Source of the DNA: Candidatus Latescibacterota bacterium
Lineage (GTDB): Bacteria > Latescibacterota > UBA2968
NCBI GenBank assembly: GCA_965208125.1
Contig: OZ242320.1
Coordinates: forward strand, 2,880,001 to 2,944,000
Length of the DNA stretch: 64,000 nucleotides
Reading direction: 5' to 3'
This document shows, in pieces, positions 9,459-18,215 of this stretch. The notes beneath the pieces are model-generated. The model was not told where the DNA came from and did not search any database. It was given only the letters and a program-made list of their open reading frames with translations. Made by a program: the position numbers and the translations under genes. Position 1 is the first letter of the stretch; the number at the start of each line of letters is the position of its first letter.

Positions 9459-11006
9459 ATGAGATGGTTTCTAATAGCATTGTTGCTGTGGCCCCTGTGT
9501 GGGCAGACCGAGGAGAGAATATTGATGCAGGTTACAACGACGATTGATTTTGGCAAAGATGTGGGGCAGAACTGGGGTACGCTGTTTGAGGCGCGAGATG
9601 CAGAGGGTCGCGTGGTTTTGGGTGCGGGGTTTACAGGTGTGTATAATACGGCGTTTCGCATGGATCGATATACGTTGCAGTTTTTTGTGCGGGACGATGA
9701 AGCGGAGATGAATTTTGAGACGCTGCCGCCTTCGACGGAGGATGGGGGGAGTTATTTGTTCGATTTGGATGGCAAGGTGTACGCGTGTAGCTACCATCAG
9801 GACCGGACTGCGAGAGCGTGGGACGATGTAGCAGGTGCCTGGCAGGTGGATGAGAGTTTTGGCGTGGGTGAGACGGTGAGCGGGGAGGGCAAGATGCGGG
9901 TTGCGGGAAAGGTGCTTCAGTTTAAGGGGGGTGAGGCGTGGTATGATGGGGAGCGGGTTCTCGCAAAACCGGTGTCCGGATATTATCATCATTTTTATTA
10001 CGCGCTGGGCTATTTGACGTTTTTCTATAAGAATGAGGAGGTGGGACAGCCGTACACGAAATTGTACGCGGTGCCCTGGGTGCCGGGAGATGGGGCGGTT
10101 GATCTGAAGAAAGCAGTGGTGCTCGATCTGAAGTACGATCGGGAGACGCCGTTTGCCATTGGGCAGCTTGGGAATGAGATTGTAAATTCGTCCAATATGG
10201 GGGGGATATATGCGTTTGACGGGTCGAGGTGGAAGGTGTTGCGCGCATCATTGGAGGGGGTGAGTTTTCAGCTTTATTCGATGCTGAATTGGTATGATAA
10301 GCTGTTGATGTCGCAGTATCCAACGGGCAATTTGTTTATTTACGATGGGGAGGAGGTTCGCCATCTGAAGGATTGGCCGCCTGTGATGCCGGGTGTGTCT
10401 GATAGGGTGCGAGAGGCGCAAACAACGGGGTTTTACGGCGGGGATCTCTATGTGGGCGTTTGGCCGTGGTCCGAGTTGTGGCGGTACGATGCGTACAGGG
10501 ATCACTGGCAGTTTGTGAAGCGGATGTTCCGGCGTCCGCCAATTACGGATGAGATGAATCATCCTTGGGAAGATCGGGTTGTGGCGTATAATGAAGAATA
10601 CGATGGCGATATCGTGATCAATGAGTGGGGGCAGCGCGTGACGGGGTTGGCTCCGATGGGGGACGCGCTCTTTCTTTCCGTGAGTGCTAAGGGTTGTCCC
10701 GAGCGAGATATGCGGCTTGCATTTTTGCACGATGACGAGGTGTGGGATGAGTACCGCGTGGTGCATCGGTTGAAAAAGCCGGGGCATGTTTCTGTGCCGG
10801 TTGTGTGGCGCGAAGAGCCGACGACGCTGTTGTTCACCGTTGGCGAGACGGAGATCAGTATCAGGCAGGATGGGAAACTCCTGGGGACGGCGCCAGTTCG
10901 ACGGGAACAGGTGGAGCAGGTGGTGAAGGATGCCGAGTTTCAGTGGGAATACGGGATGTATGGGCCGCTGCGAGCGGGATTGCTGTCAAAGGTAGTGGAC
11001 CGGTAA
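9459..11006 (+). CDS. Secreted hypothetical protein, probably beta-propeller
   Basis: Signal-peptide-like start MRWFLIALLLWPLCG; repeated strand motifs (GGIYAFDG.RW, GNLFIYDG, GDLYVGVWPWSELWRYD); co-oriented 2 bp after the enolase-family gene. Confidence 0.65.
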   Translation: MRWFLIALLLWPLCGQTEERILMQVTTTIDFGKDVGQNWGTLFEARDAEGRVVLGAGFTGVYNTAFRMDRYTLQFFVRDDEAEMNFETLPPSTEDGGSYLFDLDGKVYACSYHQDRTARAWDDVAGAWQVDESFGVGETVSGEGKMRVAGKVLQFKGGEAWYDGERVLAKPVSGYYHHFYYALGYLTFFYKNEEVGQPYTKLYAVPWVPGDGAVDLKKAVVLDLKYDRETPFAIGQLGNEIVNSSNMGGIYAFDGSRWKVLRASLEGVSFQLYSMLNWYDKLLMSQYPTGNLFIYDGEEVRHLKDWPPVMPGVSDRVREAQTTGFYGGDLYVGVWPWSELWRYDAYRDHWQFVKRMFRRPPITDEMNHPWEDRVVAYNEEYDGDIVINEWGQRVTGLAPMGDALFLSVSAKGCPERDMRLAFLHDDEVWDEYRVVHRLKKPGHVSVPVVWREEPTTLLFTVGETEISIRQDGKLLGTAPVRREQVEQVVKDAEFQWEYGMYGPLRAGLLSKVVDR

Positions 11007-11073
11007 TTTGAGTAGGGATGGTCAGGATCTGCGGGCTGTTTTGCGTTACCACATTCTTATCCTGGAGGGACTC

Positions 11074-12123
11074 ATGGCTGTTACACGGGAGGATTTACAG
11101 GCTGCTATTGATCGGTTTCCGCGTACGGAATTGGCGGATTTGCCGACGCCGTTGGACGATTGTCCGCGATTTTCAGAGGCGCTGGGTGGGAAGGTGCGGG
11201 TGATGGTGAAGCGGGATGATTTGACGGGGCTGGCTTTTGGAGGGAATAAGACGCGAAAGTTTGATCTGGCGCTGGGAGACGCGGTGGCGCAAGGGGCTAC
11301 GGCGTTGATAACGGGCGCAGCGTCACAGTCCAATCACGCGCGGCAGGCGGCGGCAGCGGCTGCCAGGCTGGGGATGAAGTGCGTGCTGGTGAACCGGCAC
11401 GATCACCGCAGCCAGATGGGTATTCAGGGCAATCAGTTGCTGGATAATATTCTGGGGGCGGATGTACGGCTGGTGGTGGATGGCGTGAATCAGAATGAGG
11501 TGAAGGAACGGGTTGTGGAGGAACTGACGGCGCAAGGAGAGAAGCCCTATCTGATCGGGCAGCGTGCGGTGGTGCTGGGTACGGTGGCTTATGTGGGCTG
11601 TGTGCTGGAGATTGTGGCGCAGCTTGAAGTGATGGATGCACGGGCGGATTTTATCTGTACTGCGTCCGGGCACGGGACACATGCGGGGCTGGCTTTGGGG
11701 GTGAAAGCGCTGGGGTTGCCGATTCGGACGCAGGGGTTTTCGCCGAGCAAGGGGGATGAGACACAGCGGAGGGCGAGACTGACGGAGGTAGGCAACGAGG
11801 CGGCAGAGCTTTTGGGGCTGGATGTTCGATTGCGGGCAGAGGAGTTGGAAAATACGGATGCGTATGTGGGTGAGAATTATGGGATTGTGACGGAGGCAGG
11901 GCTAAATGCATTGCATTTGCTGGCGCGGACAGAGGGAATATTGCTTGATCCGGTATATACGAGTAAGGCGATGTCGGGGGTGATTGATCGGATTCAGACG
12001 GGAGAGATTCCAGAGGGTTCTACAGTGGTGTACGTGCATACAGGTGGGAATCCCGCGCTGTTCGCGTATGCGCCAGAGTTGATTTCACACGGGGATTATC
12101 GGCAAAATCTCGTGACGAGTTGA
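11074..12123 (+). CDS. D-cysteine desulfhydrase family PLP enzyme (ACC deaminase superfamily)
   Basis: PTPL, KRDDLTGLAFGGNKTRK, QSNHAR, LLDPVYTSKAM, HTGG. Thr rather than Glu after DPVY and HTGG rather than HLGG argue against a true ACC deaminase. Confidence 0.88.
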   Translation: MAVTREDLQAAIDRFPRTELADLPTPLDDCPRFSEALGGKVRVMVKRDDLTGLAFGGNKTRKFDLALGDAVAQGATALITGAASQSNHARQAAAAAARLGMKCVLVNRHDHRSQMGIQGNQLLDNILGADVRLVVDGVNQNEVKERVVEELTAQGEKPYLIGQRAVVLGTVAYVGCVLEIVAQLEVMDARADFICTASGHGTHAGLALGVKALGLPIRTQGFSPSKGDETQRRARLTEVGNEAAELLGLDVRLRAEELENTDAYVGENYGIVTEAGLNALHLLARTEGILLDPVYTSKAMSGVIDRIQTGEIPEGSTVVYVHTGGNPALFAYAPELISHGDYRQNLVTS

Positions 12124-12165
12124 GGGAGGCTCTGGGACTGGAGGCGAATTGGGTTTGTCTGTTTC

Positions 12166-12861
12166 TTATTGGTAAACACCATCGATAAGCGTCTTTCCAA
12201 ATTCTGCGACAAACAAAAGAAAATCGCTAAGACTTATTGTTCCGTCAAAATCTAAATCGCCATGTCTCGCCCTGAAAAGAGAGTCTTGTATCGCGGTAAA
12301 AATAGGAGCTGTGCGGTTCGGGTCACTCCACACGCCCTTGTTTTGGGCCTTTGCTTCCTCTTGTGCTGATACAAACTCATTTCGCTTTTCGTATTCGTGT
12401 TCAACGTCTGCTACGCCATATCCCTGCCTTACCAATTCAAGATTAAACAAGACGCCGTCCAAATACACATAAACGAGCAACCTGCCAAAAGCGTCTTTTT
12501 GCTGGTGGTCAAAAGATAATTTTACTTTTTTTTCGTACAGTCTTTGTCGTGTGTATTCTTTCGCTTCGGGACCGTAAAAACCAACGGGTTCAAATGGGTG
12601 ATTTGTCTCTGGCGTATCTACTCCTAACAAGCGCACGGTCACTGTGTATTCTAAATGCGTAACGTCTATTGTATCGCCGTCTTTCACGTCGGTTACTGTA
12701 AAATACACATCGTCAAGGTCAACGCATCCAGAAGGCGCATGGCAATGGTAGGTGTTATCCGATGTGTCAAAGTGACCGCCCTGTGAATCTTGCCCGCCTC
12801 CGTGGGCAATCGCTAATGAACAAAAACAAAATAAACTGCCAAATATCAAAATCTTTTTCAT
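12166..12861 (-). CDS. Secreted thermonuclease (SNase) with N-terminal YHYH-like motif and C-terminal dockerin/EF-hand-like motif
   Basis: Signal peptide; HGGGQDSQGGH...YHCH; VKDGDTI, VRLLGVDTPE, DAFGRLLVYVY, NLELVRQGYG, AK..NKGVW; GDLDFDGTISLSDFLLFVAEFGK. Confidence 0.85.
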   Translation of the reverse strand: MKKILIFGSLFCFCSLAIAHGGGQDSQGGHFDTSDNTYHCHAPSGCVDLDDVYFTVTDVKDGDTIDVTHLEYTVTVRLLGVDTPETNHPFEPVGFYGPEAKEYTRQRLYEKKVKLSFDHQQKDAFGRLLVYVYLDGVLFNLELVRQGYGVADVEHEYEKRNEFVSAQEEAKAQNKGVWSDPNRTAPIFTAIQDSLFRARHGDLDFDGTISLSDFLLFVAEFGKTLIDGVYQ

Positions 12862-12891
12862 GTTTCTACTCGCCTCTCAAAAATAGCAGTT

Positions 12892-14418
12892 CTAAGCGTT
12901 TACTTCGCCTTTTAACCGCAGGCCGCGGGATACGAACACGCGCTCAAACAACTCAAACAGTCCCTGTACAATGAGCGCGAGCAATGCCGCAGGTATAGCT
13001 CCTTGTAAAATTAGACCGATATCGTCTAATCGAATCCCTGTTAAAATGGGCTGCCCATATCCCCCAGCGCCAATTAATGCCCCCAAAGTCGCCGTGCCCA
13101 CATTGATCACAGCCGACGTTTTGATGCCCGCCAGAATCGACCGCGAGGCTATCGGTAATGTTACCAGTCGAAGTTGTGCCCAGTCGGACAAACCCAATGC
13201 TGTAGCTGATTCTCGTATCCCCACTGGAATATCGTGCAATCCCGCGTATGTGTTTCGCACTATGGGCAGCAAACTGTACAAAAACAGCGCCACAATCGCA
13301 GGTGCCCCGCCAATACCCAATAACGGGATCATAAATACCAGCAGCGCCAGGGATGGAATGGTCTGAATAATGCCCACCAATCCCAAAATAATTTGTCCAC
13401 CTCTTGCCCATCGGAATGCCACAATCCCCAGGGGAATTGACACCACAATTGCCCCCCAAAGAGAAATTCCCACCAGGGTCAAATGATCCCATGTGTGCCG
13501 CCAGAATCGAGCGCCAGCAGTTTCTTTTTTTATTTTGACCTGTACATTGAGATTCTCAGCTAAAAAATCAGCCGCAACTTGGGCTTCTGACTTTTTCTCC
13601 AATTTGACCTGTGCATTCATGGCCATCATTTTTTTTTCTGAAATCAGCCCCTCTAATTTTAAAATTTCTCTTACCACTTGAGGTGCTCGATCTATCAAAT
13701 CTCCCCGATAGACAATGACGGCATTGTAAATGGGGAAATGCTGCAGGTCATCCACCAGCGACCGCAATCCGTAATACTGGATCTCGGCATCTGTCGAATA
13801 CATATCCATTACGTCAATTGTACCGCTCTCCAACCCGCGATAGGCCAGATCGTGATCCAATCCACTCACATTCTGATGTGGGAGTACGTACCGGTTCCGC
13901 AAACTCGGCCACCCATCTCCTCTGTCCATAAACTCATTGCCAAATCCCAACTTCAAGTCTGGATACTTCTTTAAATCCGAAATTGTCCGAATCCCCAGTG
14001 CCTCAGCTCTTGTTTCCACCATGCCCAGTACGTATGTATTGTTGAATCCCAGAGGCCGACTCATCACAAGGCCCATCTCTGCCAACCGGGCGCGAATATC
14101 TGCTTCATCGCGCAAATTTTCTTCTGCCAAAATTTCCCGACTCAGGGTACCTGTGTAATCTGGATAAAGATCAATATCGCCCGCAATCAATGCATTCCAC
14201 AACACCCGCGTTCCCCCCAACTCGCGCCGATGCGTAACCGATGCGTTTACACTGCGCCCGATATGAGACAGTACTTCACCCAAAATGACCGACTCGGTAA
14301 ACTTCTTTGACCCCACGACAATCTCTTGCGCCTGGGTTGATGCGCAGAACAAACAGCAAAATAGAATACACAGGGCGGTGAATTTCGCTGATGTTGTGGT
14401 GTAGTGCGTGCGCGTCAT
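12892..14418 (-). CDS. Osmoprotectant/betaine-type ABC transporter, fused substrate-binding protein + permease
   Basis: VGSKKFTESVILGE, DLYPDYTGT, LGFNNTY, YSTDA (OpuAC/OsmF-like SBP), then IQTIPSLALL, LYSLLPIVRNT, EAA-like ESATALG, GAGGYG. Confidence 0.92.
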   Translation of the reverse strand: MTRTHYTTTSAKFTALCILFCCLFCASTQAQEIVVGSKKFTESVILGEVLSHIGRSVNASVTHRRELGGTRVLWNALIAGDIDLYPDYTGTLSREILAEENLRDEADIRARLAEMGLVMSRPLGFNNTYVLGMVETRAEALGIRTISDLKKYPDLKLGFGNEFMDRGDGWPSLRNRYVLPHQNVSGLDHDLAYRGLESGTIDVMDMYSTDAEIQYYGLRSLVDDLQHFPIYNAVIVYRGDLIDRAPQVVREILKLEGLISEKKMMAMNAQVKLEKKSEAQVAADFLAENLNVQVKIKKETAGARFWRHTWDHLTLVGISLWGAIVVSIPLGIVAFRWARGGQIILGLVGIIQTIPSLALLVFMIPLLGIGGAPAIVALFLYSLLPIVRNTYAGLHDIPVGIRESATALGLSDWAQLRLVTLPIASRSILAGIKTSAVINVGTATLGALIGAGGYGQPILTGIRLDDIGLILQGAIPAALLALIVQGLFELFERVFVSRGLRLKGEVNA

Positions 14419-15188
14419 TTCGCTATCTCTCCCGGCGCCATACTTTCCAACGGACTTCGCTGCGCGTGAATAAATTGCGTCACAAATTCATGCGCCGGGT
14501 TTTGCATCAAATTTTTCAAGCTTCCTATCTGAACGATCTCCCCTTCTCGCATCAACATGATCTGATCCCCGAAAAATCCCGCTTCGCCCATGTCGTGTGT
14601 CACCATCACGACTGTCTTGCCCAATGTCTGAAAAATCGAACGCAAATCCGATTGCAAATCCGCCCGAATCATCGGGTCCAGGGCACCGAGTGGTTCGTCT
14701 AATAGCAATACGTCGGGGTCCAACATCAATGCACGCATCAATCCCACGCGCTGCCGCTGACCACCTGACAATTCTCCTGGAAATCGTTCCAATCCATCTG
14801 TTGGAAAATGCGTTAAAGTTGCCAATTCCTCGATCCGAGAATCGATCCGATCCTCCGCCCAACCCAGATAATTTGCCATCAACGCTACATTTTTTCGCGC
14901 TGTTAAATGCGGAAACAAGCCCCCCTCTTGAATCACATAACCCATCTTATGCCGCAGCGACAACACATTTGCTGGCGTCAGAGCTTGTCCTCCATAAGTC
15001 ACCGTGCCCTCGTCGGGCCAGATCAGTCCCACCATCAATCGAATTAAGGTTGATTTGCCACAGCCACTCGGCCCAATTAACACCGTCGTCTGTTTAGCCT
15101 GCACGCTCAGGTCAACTTCGCGCAGCGCCTGCAAATCGCCAAATGTTTTCGAAACACCTGTCACCTCAAACATAACGTCTCCGTTCAC
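14415..15188 (-). CDS. ABC transporter ATP-binding subunit (OpuA/ProV-like)
   Basis: GPSGCGKST, GYVIQEGGLFPH, LSGGQRQRV, LLLDEP, VTHD. Stop overlaps the SBP-permease ATG (ATGA); alternative start ATG 15173. Confidence 0.95.
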   Translation of the reverse strand: MNGDVMFEVTGVSKTFGDLQALREVDLSVQAKQTTVLIGPSGCGKSTLIRLMVGLIWPDEGTVTYGGQALTPANVLSLRHKMGYVIQEGGLFPHLTARKNVALMANYLGWAEDRIDSRIEELATLTHFPTDGLERFPGELSGGQRQRVGLMRALMLDPDVLLLDEPLGALDPMIRADLQSDLRSIFQTLGKTVVMVTHDMGEAGFFGDQIMLMREGEIVQIGSLKNLMQNPAHEFVTQFIHAQRSPLESMAPGEIAK

Positions 15189-16150
15189 ACGTGGTTTCTC
15201 AACATCAATTCCATGGGATATGGGTTTAAGTAGGTTTGCTCGTGTACCCAGTCGGGTACGCGGTTGCGGTTGAGATGGTGTTTTAATAATGTGATTGGCA
15301 CGATGAGCGGGAGCAGTCGCTGGCGATAGGATTCAAATACGTCGAGCAGTTCTTTTTTGTCCGCGGTTGTCAGTTCGTTTTTTATAAATCCCATCAGGTG
15401 CATCAATACGTTTACGTGTTTGCCCGGTGTGCTCATTACTTTCAGGCCGTCCATCAGCAATTTGCCGTATTGAAGCGTTATATCTTTGCGGGAAGACTGT
15501 GCGACCAGTTGGCCCAACTCGCTGTAGTGTTTTGGGCTGTGTGATAGAAGGCTCATTTTGATTCCGGTGTGAAATTTTACCAGGCCGCCGGGTGCTGGAT
15601 TATGGGTCAACATTTGTTGCCAGCGGTAATAAACAAATACGCGTTCGATAAAATTTTCCCGCAAAGGCAGATCATTTAGCCGACCTTCTTCTTCGATGGG
15701 CAATAAGGGGAATCGGGTTGTCAATGCTTTTGCAAATAGCCCGCGCCCATCGCGCGTGGGGATCTGCGTTTTTGTGTTAAATACCCGTACGCGAAATAAC
15801 CCACAACTCGGTGAGTCCTTTTTGAGTATATACCCATGTAAGTTCAGGTCTGTCAGTTCGTTGAGCCGTTTTTCTGCCCATGCCTGCATGCCAACGGTGT
15901 GATCTATGCCCGATTTTGGGGCAATGAGCCGCGGTGATTCCGCGTCGCCTTCGAGCCGGATGGTCTCGCGCGGAACGCCCATTCCCATTTCTACTTCTGG
16001 ACATACTGGTACCCACTCGACGTAATCGCCCAATACGGTTGTCAAAAATGGCATGTGCTTGTGCCCGCCATTATACCGCACTTCTTCGCCCAGCAAACAC
16101 GCGCTTACACCGAGCCGCAGTTTTGATGTTGCCGCTTGCGTTTCTGTCAT
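15185..16150 (-). CDS. DUF523 (TudS-like Fe-S desulfidase) + DUF1722 fusion (YbgA/RudS-like)
   Basis: GVSACLLGEEVRYNGGH, VPVCPEVEMGMGVPRE, KKDSPSCG (three Cys), EEEGRLND..LRENF, HVNVLMHLMGF, QTYLNPYP.ELMLRNHV. Confidence 0.9.
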   Translation of the reverse strand: MTETQAATSKLRLGVSACLLGEEVRYNGGHKHMPFLTTVLGDYVEWVPVCPEVEMGMGVPRETIRLEGDAESPRLIAPKSGIDHTVGMQAWAEKRLNELTDLNLHGYILKKDSPSCGLFRVRVFNTKTQIPTRDGRGLFAKALTTRFPLLPIEEEGRLNDLPLRENFIERVFVYYRWQQMLTHNPAPGGLVKFHTGIKMSLLSHSPKHYSELGQLVAQSSRKDITLQYGKLLMDGLKVMSTPGKHVNVLMHLMGFIKNELTTADKKELLDVFESYRQRLLPLIVPITLLKHHLNRNRVPDWVHEQTYLNPYPMELMLRNHV

Positions 16151-16310
16151 GTTACCATTATCTCCAATTGTTGACTGTATTCGACGCGATTAGCACCTTG
16201 CGGACTGACAGTTTCCAGTATTCGCTTATTCTTGAATCAGGTCCAATTGATACGTCAAATGCGTGAAGAAAGCATTTACAGGTCCACAAATCAAACACGA
16301 GGAGACCAAC

Positions 16311-18149
16311 ATGCCCCTCCAATTCTCTCAACTCACTGAGCACCTGTTCGTCCACCGCGATTGTATCAACGTTGGTATTTTATGCGACGGCGAGCGTGCC
16401 CTCTTAATTGATTGCGGCAACGGCGATGTCAAAGAAACGCTCAATGCGCTCGGGATAACGACTCTCGATACCGTCCTTTTCACACATCATCACCGCGATG
16501 GCGCCTCCGGTTTTCGACATTTGAGAACACGCCTTTCGCCGGAGACGCGCGTCGGTGTTCCCGCAGGGGAACGCCCGTGGTTCGACTCGGTCGAGACGTT
16601 CTGGAATGAGCCGAAAAACCGGTGGCATCTTTACGACTATCGTCCGCACAATCTGATGCTTACAGAATCGCTCGCCGTGACCGATACCTACGCTGAAAAT
16701 GATTTGATTCAGTGGGGGAGCGCCCAAATTACAGTCCTCAATACGCCCGGACATACGGACGGGAGTGTCTCTTATATCGTTTCGGTTGATGGCAAACGCT
16801 TTGCGTTCTGTGGTGATACCATCTACGACACAGGGCAGATTTGGGATGTGCATAGCCTCCAAAAGGGGGAACAGACGCGGGATTATCACGGCTTCCTCGG
16901 TGCGAGACAGGCGTTGGCGTCAAGCCTCCAGAAGTTGCGTCAGGTGGAGGCAAATGCGCTCATCCCGTCACACGGAAAAGTGATGACCCGGCCAGCAGAT
17001 GCGATTGACACACTGCTCGAACGCATGGATACGTGCTACGATAAGTACGTCGCCATCTCTGCTCTGCGGCATTATTTTCCCAGCCTGTTCACCGAATTTG
17101 AGGGACGAGAAGGACACATGTCCATCCGCGAGGGAAAGGACGTGCCAGCATTCCTGCGCCATTACGGGACAACATGGCTCATTATCTCAGAGACGAAGGA
17201 AGCGTTTGTAATGGATTGCGGCAGTACCCGTATCCTGCAACAGATTCAGCAACTTCAAGCTGATGGTGAAATCTCAGATGTGACACAATTTTGGCTCACA
17301 CATTACCATGACGACCATGTAGATGCTGTCCCCCAATTTCAAGCGGTTTATCCGTGTAAGACACTGACAGACCTCGTTGTTGCCCAGGTCATTGAAAAAC
17401 CGCAGCGATTCCGCATCCCGTGTATTTCCCCTTCTGTTGCACGCATTCACCAGCGGACGCGTGACGGCGAATCGTGGCAATGGAACGAGTTCCAGATGAC
17501 CGCCTACCACTTCCCCGGTCAGACGTATTATCACGGCGGATTACTGGTCGAAGGGAACGGGGTGCGCTTGTTCTTCGCAGGGGATTCGTTTACAATGGCG
17601 GGAATTGATGACTACTGCACTGGGAATCGCAACCTGCTCGGCAGCGCCGTTGGCTATGACCGATGTCTCGCCCTCATTGAAGAGTTGAAACCGACGCATA
17701 TCTTTAACTGCCACGTTAACTGTGCCTTCGATTTTACCCCTGAGGAGATTCGACTGATGCGGGAAAATCTCGCCGAACGGGAAACACTCTACACCGATTT
17801 GTGCGCTTGGGACCACGCGAATTATGGACTCGATGAACATTGGATTCGGGCTGATCCCTACGAGCAGGAAGTCGGGTCAAAGCACTCTGTCAATTTGCAC
17901 ATTTATTTCACCAACCATTCCGAAGAGGCGCGGCGAGCGGGGTGTTGCCTCGTCCTGCCGGAATCGTGGGATATCCGCCTGCCGCAACAAGAGATAACAA
18001 TTTCCGCCAAACAAGAGGGGCATATCAATTTCACCATACCCATTCCGGAGGGTAATCACGCCCGGTCCCAACGTCTGATCATTCCGATAGAAGTGACCTA
18101 TGATGGGCGTTCGCTCGGGCAGTTTCGCGAAGCGGTTCTGGTTTTTTAG
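16311..18149 (+). CDS. Tandem metallo-beta-lactamase-fold hydrolase with C-terminal Ig-like extension
   Basis: Domain 1: LIDCG, THHHRDG, TPGHT, CGD, PSHG. Domain 2: VMDCG, THYHDDH, PGQT, AGD, NCH. GAGGAG RBS before ATG 16311. Confidence 0.85.
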   Translation: MPLQFSQLTEHLFVHRDCINVGILCDGERALLIDCGNGDVKETLNALGITTLDTVLFTHHHRDGASGFRHLRTRLSPETRVGVPAGERPWFDSVETFWNEPKNRWHLYDYRPHNLMLTESLAVTDTYAENDLIQWGSAQITVLNTPGHTDGSVSYIVSVDGKRFAFCGDTIYDTGQIWDVHSLQKGEQTRDYHGFLGARQALASSLQKLRQVEANALIPSHGKVMTRPADAIDTLLERMDTCYDKYVAISALRHYFPSLFTEFEGREGHMSIREGKDVPAFLRHYGTTWLIISETKEAFVMDCGSTRILQQIQQLQADGEISDVTQFWLTHYHDDHVDAVPQFQAVYPCKTLTDLVVAQVIEKPQRFRIPCISPSVARIHQRTRDGESWQWNEFQMTAYHFPGQTYYHGGLLVEGNGVRLFFAGDSFTMAGIDDYCTGNRNLLGSAVGYDRCLALIEELKPTHIFNCHVNCAFDFTPEEIRLMRENLAERETLYTDLCAWDHANYGLDEHWIRADPYEQEVGSKHSVNLHIYFTNHSEEARRAGCCLVLPESWDIRLPQQEITISAKQEGHINFTIPIPEGNHARSQRLIIPIEVTYDGRSLGQFREAVLVF

Positions 18150-18215
18150 TCTTCCAATATCAGACCATCACGCCGTGCAAAAAGTATCGATGTTTCTGCT
18201 GCGCTACCATTCTCC

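Noticed and set aside
11074-12123. ACC deaminase (acdS)
   Set aside because: Has DPVYT and HTGG rather than the Glu and Leu residues diagnostic of true ACC deaminases.
4994-18149. Beta-lactam biosynthesis or resistance (C45 acyltransferase plus MBL fold)
   Set aside because: Both families are broad; there is no ACV synthetase or IPNS, and the MBL protein is cytoplasmic with non-B1/B3 motifs.
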